From contig NIVC01002757.1 in assembly GCA_002269645.1 (NCBI GenBank), positions 62,001-126,000 of the forward strand: a stretch of DNA of 64,000 bases, read 5' to 3'. The notes beneath the pieces were generated by a model. The model was given only the letters and a program-made list of their open reading frames with translations, had not been told where the DNA came from and did not search any database. Within the stretch, counting starts at the first letter, position 1. Each line of letters begins with the position of its first letter. The position numbers and the translations under genes were made by a program. Origin of the DNA: Macrostomum lignano. Lineage: Eukaryota. Shown in pieces: positions 1 to 12,319 of this stretch.

Positions 1-3000
1 AAGCGTTCTGTGTCCGTGCGCCAGTGCTACGTGAAAAACTGTCGCCGAAAACTGTACATCCAAAGTCGTTTGCAGTTGTGCTGCAAGCCGAAACCAAAGC
101 GGCATCGCTATTGTGAGAAAAAATCTGGGAAGTGGGTCACAAAGACATTGCACTACAAGTGAGTTAAATGCCTCCGTCTATGTACTTTTATTAGGACCAT
201 TTTGTTATTCACTCCTACGTTTATGGATAATATGAAACAAACGCTTTCCCTAATGTTGTTTCTCAGACTTGTTCCATCTGGTCCCTGCTGAAAGACCGAC
301 ATGGTCGAGTCCTAGCTAAGCAGCTGAAGGTGGTAGCCACAACTAAACGTCACTATCGAAAAGTACGCTGCCCTCGAAATAAAACTCGCGAAAATTGTCA
401 CCGACGTTCCGGCCGCTGGGAGAAAACCCAAATTACTTGGCGTCGCGTTGGCTGTCATTGCAAACGTCGAATCGTTCGTAAAAGGGGTCGATGCAGTGAG
501 TTCTTCTCTGAAAAAATCGTTAATTCGAATCACTTTTCTTAATTAAAATGCAAGCATTAAACTTAAATATTATTACTAAACCAAAACAGAGTGCCCACCA
601 AAGCGAGTCCGCTGGGGTCGGTGCCATAACAGACACAAGGTTCGCACCGTCATCAAATTTTTCCTGAGGAGTCAAAAATGTCACCGCGAAGTCAAGAAGC
701 GACTATTCCTGTGTGCTTGCCCCAAGCCTCGACGTTACACCGTGTGCGACGGCAAAGGTGCCTGGAAGAAGTGTCATGTGACGTATCGTCTTAAATTCCG
801 TCAACAGCGCTGCATCAAAAAGCGACACTGCCGAAGTCGCCTACAAACGTGCGAGGCGTCGTCTGAAACTCGTAGCAAGTGCAAGCATTGCCACCGAATA
901 ATTCGCACAGTCTCGTGGCGCTTGAACCGACGTAAGTGCTCGTGCACTCGAATAACTCGCAAGCGAAAGGTCGAATGCGATTGTCGGAAGCGGAATAGTC
1001 GGAAGACTGTTTGCAAGCACGGAGCGTTCGTCACGAGCATTGTCAAGTATCATCAAAAAGGCGAGAAGTGTGCCAAGGTTGTCCGAAAGATTACAAGAGC
1101 TGTCCGTAAGTTTAACCTTCTTTTTTCGGTAAAAAGCTACTCATATTAGCGATGCAAATTACTCCTAAATATAATGTATTTATCGTGCAACACTCAATCA
1201 GGCTGCAGTCGTCGCCACATCAAGCGAATTTTGAAGGGCACCTGTGTGAAAAAGGCTGGTCATAAGCGCCGCGGCTACCAGAAGCTGTTACGGCTGTGGC
1301 ACGAGCGTCGTGGTTGCAAATGCTACCGAAAACGAGTCTATTCCTGGGTGCCATGCGTCTGTCACCTGATTAAGAAATACCGAACAAAACGATCGGTTTA
1401 TTGCAGCCGGGGTCACGTGACTGTTCACAAGAAAGTTTATTACGTTCTAAAGAGGAAGAGCCACAGATGTGTAAAGCGTGTCCACAAACGAAGGACTCCA
1501 GTTGGTGAGATTTATGTTTAAGCTTATTTACTGGTTTTAAGCTAATCTGTAGGCAGCACAAAGCAAATCGAAATTCAGGATAGTTGGTTAGGTATCTATT
1601 TAGGTCTACAATCAGTGAATTTAGGTTAGTTATAGTTGTACTGATGCAATGTCTACTGATGCAATAACTTCCAGTATGCAAGGGCACCAGGACCCGACGC
1701 AGTCGTTGCAAGCCAAACGGCAAAGGCGACAAGTTTTCTGTCACACGAGTTCTGCGTCAGCGCAGCGATGGCAAATGCGGCTGTGCTTGGCGTTCGGAGA
1801 GCACGCGTAAAAATGTTTGCCACTGCCGTCCACCTCGCCGAATTAAGCGCTGCGTGCAGAATAAGACGCGTCAACAAATCCTTATCCGCTACCACCCAGT
1901 TCGCGGACGCAGTCACTGCAAAGGAAAGCGCCGTGTTTACAACAAGCATCTGTCCTGCCCGAGCAACTTCTCCCGACGAGACAAGTGTCATCGATGTACT
2001 TTTCAGTTAGAAAATACGCTTATCATCCGGAAAAGTGTCGCTGCGTAGCACGAAAGGTTGCCACAAAGCGACTCCGCTGCTGCTGTCCAAATCCTGTCAC
2101 AAAGCGTCACTGCGATGCCAAACGACATATGATTGTCACCGTCAGGAGCATCTACAAGCTGCGACACTATCGCTGTCATCGCCGACGCGTCACGCGCACT
2201 CGCCGAGTTCGTTGTGGACGAACGCGACCCCTATACCGCGTGTCTAAGTGCAGCAAGGACGGTTTCCGTAAAATTCGCAAAATGTGGCGTTACACGGTCG
2301 GTTGCTTGTGTCGCAAGCGCACGGTTGTCCGCAAGCAACGTTGCTCATGCCCGCACGCTCGCGTCTACAAGCCCGGAAAGTGTGGTCGCCGCTTTGCTCA
2401 CGACGTCTGGCTAGGTTACAAACTAAAAGACACTGGCGTGAAAATTCCCGGCACCAACAAACCAGTGTTAAAGTGCGTAAAAGTGGTTGTCGATAAACGA
2501 AAGCGCCGTTGCCGCTGTCCAAAGCCATACCGTCGGTCGATCTGCCGTAGAGACAACCTCATTCTCCGGATAACCGTTTCTTATCGCCTGCACGCTAATA
2601 GCTGTCAGCGAAAGCGAGTTGTTCGTAAGCGACGCTTGTCCTGTCGTCGTCGTCCCCACCTTGTTCGTCGGATAGTATCGCCAGAAAAGTGTTCAGCAAA
2701 GCATGGCTATTCCCAGAAACTAACATACATTTACGTGCATGCAAAGGGCTGCCATTGTAAAAAGACCCGACGAGTGAAGCATAGAATCTGCGACTGTTTC
2801 CGCAAGTACGGTGGCAAAAAGCATCATGTTAAATGTGTTAAGCACAACCGGCTGTTTAGGCGCAGCTTTTGGATGGCAAAGCGCGGTAAAGGCTGCGTAA
2901 AGCGAGTCAAAACTGTCGCCAAGACAATCCGTTGTGCCAAGAAGGTACGCATTCGTTCCGGTCCGTGTAAGCGCTCGAGCGGGAAGAAATCTTTCCGTTT

Positions 3001-6000
3001 CTATCATCTGGTTGCCCGTCACTGTCGCTGCGTTTGGCAGCTGGTGCGCCGCGCAAAAGCTGCTTGCCGATGTCCGCCATCGAAGCGCTCCACGCGTTGT
3101 CACAAGAATGCTAGCTGGGTGACAACCAAGTTCAAGTGGCGTCTAGTTGGAAGCGGGCCAAAAGCTCGCTGTGTCCTGCACAAGCGGAAAATAGTGCGCC
3201 ATATCAAGTGTCGGGTTGGTCGACGAGTTCGTCGCTCAAGCCGCTGCAATAACTCAGGCTACAAAGTCACCGAAGCCACTACTCGAAGACTAGTGAAATG
3301 CAAGTGCATGAAGCGCACTGAACGTCAAAAGTGCAGGTGCCGATGCCCAAAGAATCGTAAAGCGCGCGTATGTCGCGGCAGTGTGTGGGTGACGGAGCGC
3401 ATTACTCACAAGCTGGCCAAGTGCGCTTGCAGAACAACGCGTCAAGTGATTAGAGAGCCGGTTTCCTGTCCGAAGAAAACTCGAGTACAAGGCCCCTGTC
3501 GGCGTGGCAAAAACGGAGATTTCTACAAAAAAGTTGTGCGAACAAGTTGGAGGATTAGTGGGTAAGCTTTGCATTCACGGACTTTGTATTTTCATTGACA
3601 CTATGCGATGTACAAATACAAACTAGGCCTTTATAGAAAATTTGTGATCCATTTTTAAACAAATGACGTTCATTGATGATTTTCATTTTTAGCTGCAAAT
3701 GCAAACGCATCCGCAAAATCCGACACCGCCTCTGCGGCTGCGACGCCCAACAACTTAAGCGTCGCATTTGCGAATCTGGATTTGTTCGCGTCACAGTCGT
3801 CTGGAAGCGACTGTTAGTTAACAATGCATGCCGCCGAGTGCGAAAGTATCGGCGAAAAGAACGCCTTCACTGCGGCCGGGTTCAAGTGCGTCAGTGTGCG
3901 ACAGACGGAGCGGCAAATTGAGCGTGTTTGCTATTAGGCCCTACGCCAAGAGTTGCCGTTGTCATAAGCGTGTGGTTCGGCGCCTACGACGATGCGGTGA
4001 GCCGATGCTCAAATTATAGATAAATGGCACTTTCCCAATAAGAGCTCATTAGCAGTGCTTCGTCTTAGCTAGTTGTAGCCTACTAGTTGGAGCGTCGGGC
4101 TCACGACTTTGAGGTCGGGGGTTCGATTCTCGACCCATTAGGAACAATTTGTGTCCTTGAGCAAGACACCTAACTCTGCATTGCGTCAGTTCACCCAGCT
4201 GTAAAATGGGTGCCAGCATTAGCTGGGGTAATTGAGGATGGGTGTGGTGACCTCCCCCCCCCCAGTCCTTAGACTGAACAGCCGTACGCAGCCTTTAGAT
4301 GCGCCGTGTAATAGCTTCGGCTGAGCTGTCGGTTGCACATCTGCCCATTAGTGTAGGTGTAGTCAATTATTATTCATATTATTAGTGTTATGATATCAAG
4401 TAAATCAATGCATCTTTAATAATTTTAGGCTGCCACCAGCGCCGCAAGATGAAGGTTGGAAAGTGCAACCGTCATACGTGCCGGCAGCGGCTGTTGTATT
4501 TGCGTCGAGTATTCAACAAGGCGTCCGAAGAGTGCGTATGGCGACGTTATCAAAAGCAGCGGACCTGCTGCTGTAAGGGAGTGAAACGCCTGGAAAAGTG
4601 CAAGCACAAAGAGGGCCAACGAGTCGTCAAGGTTCTTAAACGTGTACTCAAACATTGGAGCTGCGTCACTGTGGCGACAGAAGTCCGTCATCAAATTAGT
4701 AAGTGAAATTAAAGCTTTGCTAGACAACTGTAATTTTATCTATAATTTCGCAACTATTCGTTCCAGAATGCAAGCGTCATTTGACTGTAATGAAAAAGCG
4801 TCAGAAGAACGGAGTCCTCAAGCTGGTCAAGTGTTGGACGGTGCGCAAAGGTTGCGGTTGCGGTAAAAGATGCAAAACAATGTTCCGACGCTACCGTAAG
4901 TACTGAATGTTTCGTTGTTTTCCTTTATATTCTAAAGATTGGAAGATTTGGCTCTATTGTGTCAAAGTAACAATTCATACCCACCCGACAGGCTGCAAGC
5001 GTCCATTGAAACGCAAAAGATGCATCTGCGTCAATGGCAAGTGTCGCACCCAGCTTATGTTAAAGCATTGGCGTCTGGCCCACGGCGGATGCTACGGCCA
5101 GATCCGGGTCCGCACTCGGCCCACCGTTTGTCCGCCAGTGCTATTCAGCCAAAGCAGATGCGCCGTGCCTACAAAGTACGGCTTCTACCGTGTTAAGCGC
5201 ACTGTTCACTGGCGCCAGAAGCGCTGCCGTTGTGTGCGCATCATCAAACGTCAATCTGTCGTGTGTCGCTGCTGGCGATCAAGCTCGAAAAAGCGCTGTC
5301 ATCGACGACGCGGATTGATTGAGCACATCCGAGTTCACTATCGAATCAACAAGGGCCGTTGCGTGAAATCGATCAAGCGAACGCAGCGTCGGGTGAAGTG
5401 CGGTCATAAAAACTGGCGCTATTCGCGACGAGTTGCCCACCCGAAGCGCAAGGATGTACACTTGAAGATCTACGTAAAACACGTCCGAATTGGTTGCAAT
5501 TGTAAAAAACAAATTAAGCGAGTGCCCTGCAGATCAAGGTTAGCTGCTTCTGCTAAAATTTCGAGGTCTGGGCTTCCATTAAAATATAATTAATTTTTTG
5601 TTTCTAATCTACTATTTATTTACCCCAGGTGCCGACCATGCATCAAAAAGCGTCGCTGCAGCTCCGCTGGTAGAGTACTCGTCAGTTCAAGAATTTGCTG
5701 GCACCTTTCTAATTGTCGATGCATCCGTCGAGTGGTCGTCAAACGACACCGTGTACGCTGTCCGCGTTCTCGACGTCGGACAATCTGTCATCGTAAAAAA
5801 AGTGTGCCGTTGCAATAGCCACTAAGCAATACCGTGTTCAAGGTTGCCGATGCGTAGCGAAAACCAAAGTGCATCGAACTGGCCTAAAGTGCTGCTGTCC
5901 TGGGCCAAGGAAAAGTCGCAAATGCGTCCGCGGTTCCATACGCCATCGAACTGTCCGTTACCAGTTGCGCGATGGTCGCTGCCACGCTATCGTTTCCAAT

Positions 6001-9000
6001 GCCTTCCGACCAGTACAATGTCCCAAAAAGCGTCGCCACGTTGTTCGCGGACGCTGCCGTAACGGTCGACAGGCCTACGTCCAGCACTTTTGGACTAAGC
6101 GCGGCTGTCGATGCGTTCGAGTAAAACGCTCCTATCACCGCCGATGCGGTTGTCGGTACAAGATAGTCGAGCTGGTTGTCGCTGTGGATCTTCATTCTCG
6201 GAGAAGGAAGGCAGTCCAAACTATCGATCGCACGTCTCCGATTTTCTTGAAGTAGTCCTGCGCCAATTCGAATCCGGCTCAGCGAAGGTTCGCACGGTGT
6301 TGTTCACATACAGCTCAACTGTGCGCAAGCATCACATCGAGTCCAGCGAGAATGATGCTTCTGCACTGTTCAACGATTTCACTAACAGTAAGACAAATCT
6401 TTTCGGCGCTCTGAAAGCTATTAAGGCTCACCTGGTTCGCAGCAGGCGTCAATATTCGAATAAAGTCAAGCGAATCGTGCTCGTAGTGACCAGAGGAAGG
6501 CATACAAAGAGCAGGCGCTCGATTTTACTCGCGGATAAGATCAAACACATGGCTCGATTGTTCGTCATCGGATTCGGTTCGCTGCCTAAATCAGGTCGCT
6601 ATGTTAAATGGTTGGCTAGCAGGCCAAGACGGGTGCATTATCTGAGGATGAAGAAGACACAAGAGTAAGTCTAGGCAATAACTCCTGACTATCCGGACAT
6701 ATAAGTAGTATAAACGCATATAAATTTCAAAAGTACCAAGCACAAAACATCTTGGTACTTAGTATTGTTCTTAATAAGACAAAGCATTCAGAGGCTGGTT
6801 AAGGTCAGGTAAGTTCCTGGACCAAGTTCCAGTGCTCGTAGTAGTAACGAACGATTAATTATTTACGATCCGCGCAGTCAGTAGTAAGTATAGTTAAGTA
6901 GCCAATAGTAAGCACCATTGATTTTTCAGATACAAGTTCATCGCTTCGCGAATCTTTGAGCACGCCTGTCGCAAGCATTGTCGACGACGGCCTAAACGTC
7001 ATATTGGCAAGTGCAAGCGCGACACGTGCCGTCGTCTGCTTACCGAAGTCACGTGGCATCGCGACAAGCGCAGCGGAAAGTGCGTCCGACGCCGCCGGAC
7101 AAAATCTCGCACCTGCTGCTGTAGAGGTCAAAATTCGAATCGCCTGGTGTGCAGAAACGGTCGCCGACTTCGAATCATTGTCCGATACAAGTTCGACGGG
7201 CGTCGAGGCGTCTGTCATAGGCGAGTTCATAAAATCGACACCTCAGCCTCGCTACACGCTCGCTGCCGTCCAGTCAAACTGCGACGTCGCGGCTCTTGCG
7301 ATGCTAAAGGCTGGCGTCGCGACGTTTTGGTACATCGCTACGTCACTAAGAAATCTTGTCGATGCCACACAAAACGGCGCCACCTACGCGCTGTTCGCTG
7401 CCGTTGTCCATCGACTAAACGTCAGCAAAAATGTCGACGCAATCGACGCGGTCATTGGTACCGCGTTACCTGCCGTATTGAGTACAAACTGCATCGTCGC
7501 GGTTGCAAAAAGCGGAGACATTGTTCAAAGCGTCGAGTCGTTTGTCGACACAAGAAAAGAGTTGTCCGGGTTCGAGGCCGGTGCCATCGACATAGCTGCC
7601 GTCGCCGAAACAGTGTAGTCACATACAGCGTTCATAAATGTCGCTGCAGGAAAAGAGTCAAGACTTTAACTCAAGTCTGCTGTAAGTATTCGTAAGAGTA
7701 TTTGCATGCGTGCTTAGAATACAAAAATGCGTCTTGCTCGTTGAAAATCAGCCACGTATGCAAAAGGCAGGCGCGGCGCATCCAAAGGCTGTGTACAGCT
7801 AGGTGCCCACAACTTCCGTCCAGAATTTCCACTACAGCCCAGGGCCAACGATCATATCAGAGTATGGTAAAGTGAAGCTCAACTTCATTTTTCTCCCTTC
7901 TTACTGTGGCTATTTTGAGGGGTGACACTATACGACGTAGCCTATTAGGTTGCGCACTAACCGCGAAAAACTCTGCTTAACTTGCCTCTCTAGCAGTGAA
8001 TTTAATAGCATTTGTAATGCTATTATGGCATTACAAAAGTCGCTCTATTAAAACATTTTCGAAACATTTTCAACAGGCTGCAAGCGAAAAAGTCGTAAGC
8101 ACAGTTTCTGCAACAAGCGCCGACACGCTATAGTTCGAGTTAAAACGCACTACCGCCTGGTTCACGGCGCTTGTCGCCCTGTCTCGCGCAAAACGGAGCA
8201 CCCCATCCAATGTCGCACCGATCGTCGTAAGCTACCGGGCCACTGCCGACGCCACAAAAACGGCTTTTATCGACGCGTAGTCACGCAGACCTGGCATCGA
8301 CGTGGCTGTCGTTGCATTCGACGAACGCGTAAAAGTGGTTTGCGCCTTTGCCGATGCTCGTCGAAGAGACGCAAAGTTCAGCGCTGTCTGTCGCGACGTG
8401 GAGTGATAGTTACCATCGAGAGTTGGCTGCATCCGCACGGCAACAGCTGTAAACGGCGCAGTCGCACTGTCGGCCGAGAGCGAGTCACCTGCAGCCATCG
8501 TCGCGTTCGAGTTAAGGGTCGCTGCGGTCGCGGCAAAGCGGCAAAGGCGGCCGCTGCTGCAGCGAAGGACGGTCGGAAATTCGCTATTGAAACTGTCACG
8601 TGGCAGCGCAGGGCTGGCTGCAAGTGCAGGTAAGTTGAAGCTTTTTTTAATCTTGATTTGTTTATCTTGTCTTTTTATCTTTCTGTTTATCTTTACCATC
8701 TTTTTGCAGACGGATCCGCCGCTCCCACGTCCGCCTCTGTGCATGTACAAAACGCGTTCGTCGAGTGACACGTTGCCATGCCAACCGCCAACTGTCGGTC
8801 ACGCTTTATCATCACCGTCTGGCGCATTCTCGCAATGGATCTGCGACATGCAAAATCGTACGAATAACTCGCCGCCACCGAGTCCGCTGCCGTCGACCAG
8901 TGATCCGCTTGGGACGAAAGTGTCACTCAGGCAAACGAACTGTCCTCGTTAAAGTCTTCACGCCGAAGAAATGTCGCTGCAAAGCTAAACTTTACCGACG

Positions 9001-10629
9001 TTTGATAGCCTGCAAAGCCGCCTGCACTGACAAGCTGCCTAGCAAGGTGTGCAAAAAGTGGGCCGCATCTCGTAAAATTAAGATTTGCCGTCGACACCCA
9101 CACTTGGCTGATCGGCTGTGCGCTGCAACATGTGGAAAATGTAAGCTTAAAGTAGTGGAGCTGTCGTCGATTTTCCTTTTTTATAACTAAGTTATGACTC
9201 TATTTAATTTTCCATCAAACAGGCTGCAGCAAATCGACAATCGTCCACGTAGGAGAGCACTGTCTGCTGGCTCAAAATCGTACACTGCTTGCCAGTCAAA
9301 ATGATACGAGTAGCAACCATAAACTTACCCTTGCAAAGCTGACCACGTTTGAGGCCTGCAGCCGTTCCTGCTTGGCTAATCCTCACTGCCGAGCCTTTGA
9401 CTATAAACGCAGCAGCGGCCACTGCCGCCTGCTCCGCATCAACCACCACAGCCTCGACCGCGACCTTCCGGAACTCAAGCCCACCCCGGGCTGCCTGCTG
9501 TTCGAAAAAGCTTGTCAACGAAAACCAAAAGGCTGCCCGCATCGACGCATTAAAAAGTCTTGGGCCTGCGTTTGTCGTCCATTCTTTGGCAAGGGTCGAC
9601 GTCCGCTGTGTTATCGACGCGCTCTCGTCGCTGTTTACTTCCGACGCAGCCGCCGCCGCTGTGTCCACAAACTTCGCCGAATTTTAATTCCTTGCCACGA
9701 TTGCGAGGACAAGAAGCGCTGGTGCCAGCAAGCCGCTCGGAAGGGCAAGTGCGCCAAGGATTCCCGGGTGAGAAAACTTTGTCCGCACAGCTGTCACAAG
9801 TGCGCCCGACATCGCACTCGGGCAGGACGCGCAGGTCATGGTCATCGGCTAATGCGCCGTCGCATTAGTGCCTGCTCCAAATCTGGCTGGCGTAAGATCG
9901 TTCGAGGTGGATTGTACTACGACAGGCGACTGAAGCTGTGGCGAGTTTATAAGGGAGTGAGTCACAAACGCTGCATTCGCTGCCCAATAGGTTCCAGACT
10001 GATTGTTGGACGCTGCACCAAGCACGGCAAACGGAAGCTGACCTGGATTGTGGTTACTAGACACAGTCGTCGGGGTCATCACAGTCGACCCTGTCGAATC
10101 AAAAAGAAACACCGCGTGGTGAGCTGTCGCGGCTGCGGCGGACTCGATCTAGTTCGAAAAGTTGGCCATTGCGTTCGCAAGCCGGGACACGGCTGGCACC
10201 GTGTGGTGACGAGTACATTCACGGAGCGCGACAGTCGTAAGCATCGCTGCATTGTGCGCCACCATAAGAACACATTCGCGTGCTCGCCGAAGTGTCCCAA
10301 GCGTAGCGTTAGCCAGTCTCGGTGCAAGTGCGGCCGTCGCGTTGTTTGCACTCGGTATTATGTCACCTACCCCGGTCGGCGCCGCTGCGTGGCTAAGAAG
10401 ATCACCCGAAGCGAGAAATGCGTCAGTGCCGCCTCTGGTAAGAACCGTCCTTGACGTCAAATTACTTTTTACAAGCATGAACAAATCCACTATAGTGATC
10501 TACAATTTCTAACTCTTTTTAGATTGCAACGATCAAATCAAGGCGCACGATTGTCAAGCAATCAAGCACTCGGGAATGTGCTCTACGCTGCACCGTCTAT
10601 GCGCGAAAACTTGCGGTCGCTGCAAGTAG
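1..10629 (+). CDS. 3' part of a giant Arg/Lys/Cys-rich repeat protein with vWA, 3x ShKT and PAN/apple domains (5' end outside window; five 1-nt frameshifts as assembled)
   Basis: Exons read by hand with GT-AG boundaries and matching phases: <1-158, 267-495, 590-1105, 1202-1504, 1675-3561, 3693-3996, 4429-4698, 4767-4895, 4992-5538, 5629-6664, 6930-7681, 8077-8629, 8710-9140, 9223-10437, 10523-10629 (TAG). Exon sum 8437 nt plus 5 missing bases = 8442 nt = 2814 codons. The same R/K/C/H-rich motif style runs through all exons. AATAAA at 10742-10747. Confidence 0.85.
4072..4385 (+). mobile_element. tRNA-derived SINE in an intron of the giant gene
   Basis: A-box-like TAGCCTACTAGTTGG, B-box GGTTCGATTC, central TCCTTGAGCAAGACAC..CAGTTCACCCAGCTGTAAAATGGG resembling conserved SINE core domains, TTA-rich tail; second copy at 48998-49207. 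Confidence 0.7.
6154..6965 (+). other. von Willebrand factor A (vWA) domain within the giant protein
   Basis: CRYKIVELVVAVD-[S]SFS (DxSxS MIDAS-like once one T is restored at 6189/6190), then DFLEVVLRQF..VRTVLFTYSS..TNLFGALKAI..KRIVLVVTRG..ARLFVIGFG..; spans intron 6665-6929. Confidence 0.75.
9019..10626 (+). other. Three ShKT domains and one PAN/apple domain in the C-terminal part of the giant protein
   Basis: ShKT-type six-Cys patterns: ACTDKLPSKVCKKWAA..ICRRHPHLADRLCAATCGKC (about 9019-9224), DCEDKKRWCQQAARKGKC..RKLCPHSCHKC (about 9700-9805), DCNDQIKAHDCQAIKHSGMCSTLHRLCAKTCGRCK* (10523-10629). PAN-like TFEACSRSCLANPHCRAFDYKRSSGHCRLL (about 9225-9520). Confidence 0.75.
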
Positions 10630-11409
10630 CATTTGCGCTCCGAAACTGAAAACTTTATTCAAAGCACTCAAAGCACTCTGGTCAAGAAAACTGATTACAT
10701 TTGTTGTGGTGGTTGAACTGAAGCGAGTGACGCTACTCAAAAATAAAACCATTTAGCTGACGAAATTATATTTATCATTTGAAGCTCAACTGACTTTGCG
10801 TGCCTTATTTAGGGTAATTAAGCTCTCAATTATAATTAAGTTAGGCTGTGTTAAGTTAGACTTGAAAAAAAGGTAAAGTTGCATGCTAAATGGACTAATT
10901 TGACCCCAAAAATGCACTCAGTTTGTCGTGATTAAGCCATTTCGAGCCCGCGAAATCTGTCACAAAGTCAGTCAGGCTTGTCTCTAAAATGAGACACTAG
11001 ATTATAGAAAGGGAGACGAGGTTGCTCAAAGCTAAGGAAGGTCCTTCGAAGCGGTCGCATTCACTTCTTCCTTAGTTAACGGGTTGGGCAGGTAATTGAG
11101 TTAAACGAAAAAAGAAGGTAGGTAGAAAAGAAATAAGAGGTTGGATGGTCTGAAGCTGAGAGACGTCAGTCACTTCCTTCTATAAAGGCGTCTGCCCGGA
11201 TTCAAACCAGCCTGCCTAACCTCATATTTCCGTGCGCTTAACCCTTCTCAGTTCCTCGTCATAAGGAAGCTTTTATATCCTTCGTGCCTGGAGTTCTCTT
11301 TCTCCGTCTCTCATTAGCAGCGAATTTTGTAAAGCTGCAACTGACCATGGAATGGGTGACAAGTAGATCTTCTCGCCTTAGTAATTCTACTTATCCTGAC
11401 TGTGGTGCT

Positions 11410-11595
11410 TACAGTGAGCAGGCACACAAGCGCGCGGATACGTACGCAGTCATACGCACAGGCACACACTCACACAGGACAGTACATCTGCCCTAACTTC
11501 AATAATTATCGTTAGGGGCGTTAATTGCACGAGCAGAGCAAAGCCGAGATTCAAATTTTGCCTCAAATTAATGTGACTGCACTTGGAATCGCTAG
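11410..11595 (+). repeat. Dispersed ~270-bp repeat family, partial copy
   Basis: Shares GCAGTCATACGCACAGGCACACACTCACACAGG and TTGCACGAGCAGAGC..AAATTAATG..GACTGC..ACTTGG.ATCG with copies at 24545-24825, 38025-38295 and 42703-42915. Confidence 0.75.
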
Positions 11596-12319
11596 ACCAC
11601 TGACTCTGGTGCTGATGAAAAGCTTTAGGTATTGCTGACCTGGTCTACCTAAGTAACACTCCATAGTTTATTAATATACTTGAAGCAATTGACTCAATGG
11701 TGATACTTTAGCGCCTATTGTATCAGATTTTGCGATTCAACTACTCAGATGTAGGGATGAACGTACGAGGGTATTTATACTGTGTATAGTTATTGACTAA
11801 GCGAGACTTCACTCAACGAGAAATCGGTCCTGCAGTTGAATTAGGAGCAAATATAGTTAATACAGAGAGAGCATTGTCAACAGAACCGACATTAAGAGAG
11901 AGAGAGATTGCAATGCATTGCTACCTACAAATAAACCGTATATTATCGATTGCAAAAGCAAGTTGCAATGAATATGAATGAGTAGATGAAGCACCTGGCT
12001 AGTTACTCTAGTTTATTAGTACTGGCTTCTAAAAATGTAAGATTCTGCAGGGCAAAATACCGACTGAGACAAGCTGAAATACCGCCAGTTCAATTAGTGC
12101 CTTCCCCTATTTAATAACATCAGCGCGAAGCTGGTACGCAATGAAAAAAGCCACATCACTTTCAAGGCAGGAAATTTGTTTTCTGAGTTGCCTGGATTTA
12201 TCGTCACACTATCTGATGTTGTACTTGTCGTTGTGTGCTATAACCACGGAGAAAACCATAGCATTCTGATATTTGAACTATAGTTTAGATGTAACAACAA
12301 CGGCGAAAATGTCTCATTT

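Noticed and set aside
1995-6200. Programmed -1 ribosomal frameshifting as the explanation for the frame breaks
   Set aside because: No canonical X XXY YYZ heptamer in the correct frame at these sites, and five serial events would give negligible full-length product; sequencing deletions are simpler.
6792-6808. Possible 17-nt micro-exon (AG..GTAAGT) in intron 6665-6929
   Set aside because: Inclusion breaks the frame; direct splicing 6664 to 6930 is already in phase.
6859-9687. Ala/Ser/Thr-rich ORFs overlapping the giant gene (6956-7618 +, 6859-7230 -, 8232-8771 -, 9204-9668 -, 9349-9687 +)
   Set aside because: Shadow frames produced by the CGN/TGC/AAG codon bias of the real frame; splice phases support only the Arg/Cys frame.
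1-10629. Identity with the known Lys/Arg-rich flatworm adhesive protein ap1
   Set aside because: As I recall, that protein has low-complexity basic repeats and a different domain set (C-type lectin, vWD, TIL/C8); this one has regular Cys modules with vWA, ShKT and PAN. Not assignable without alignment.
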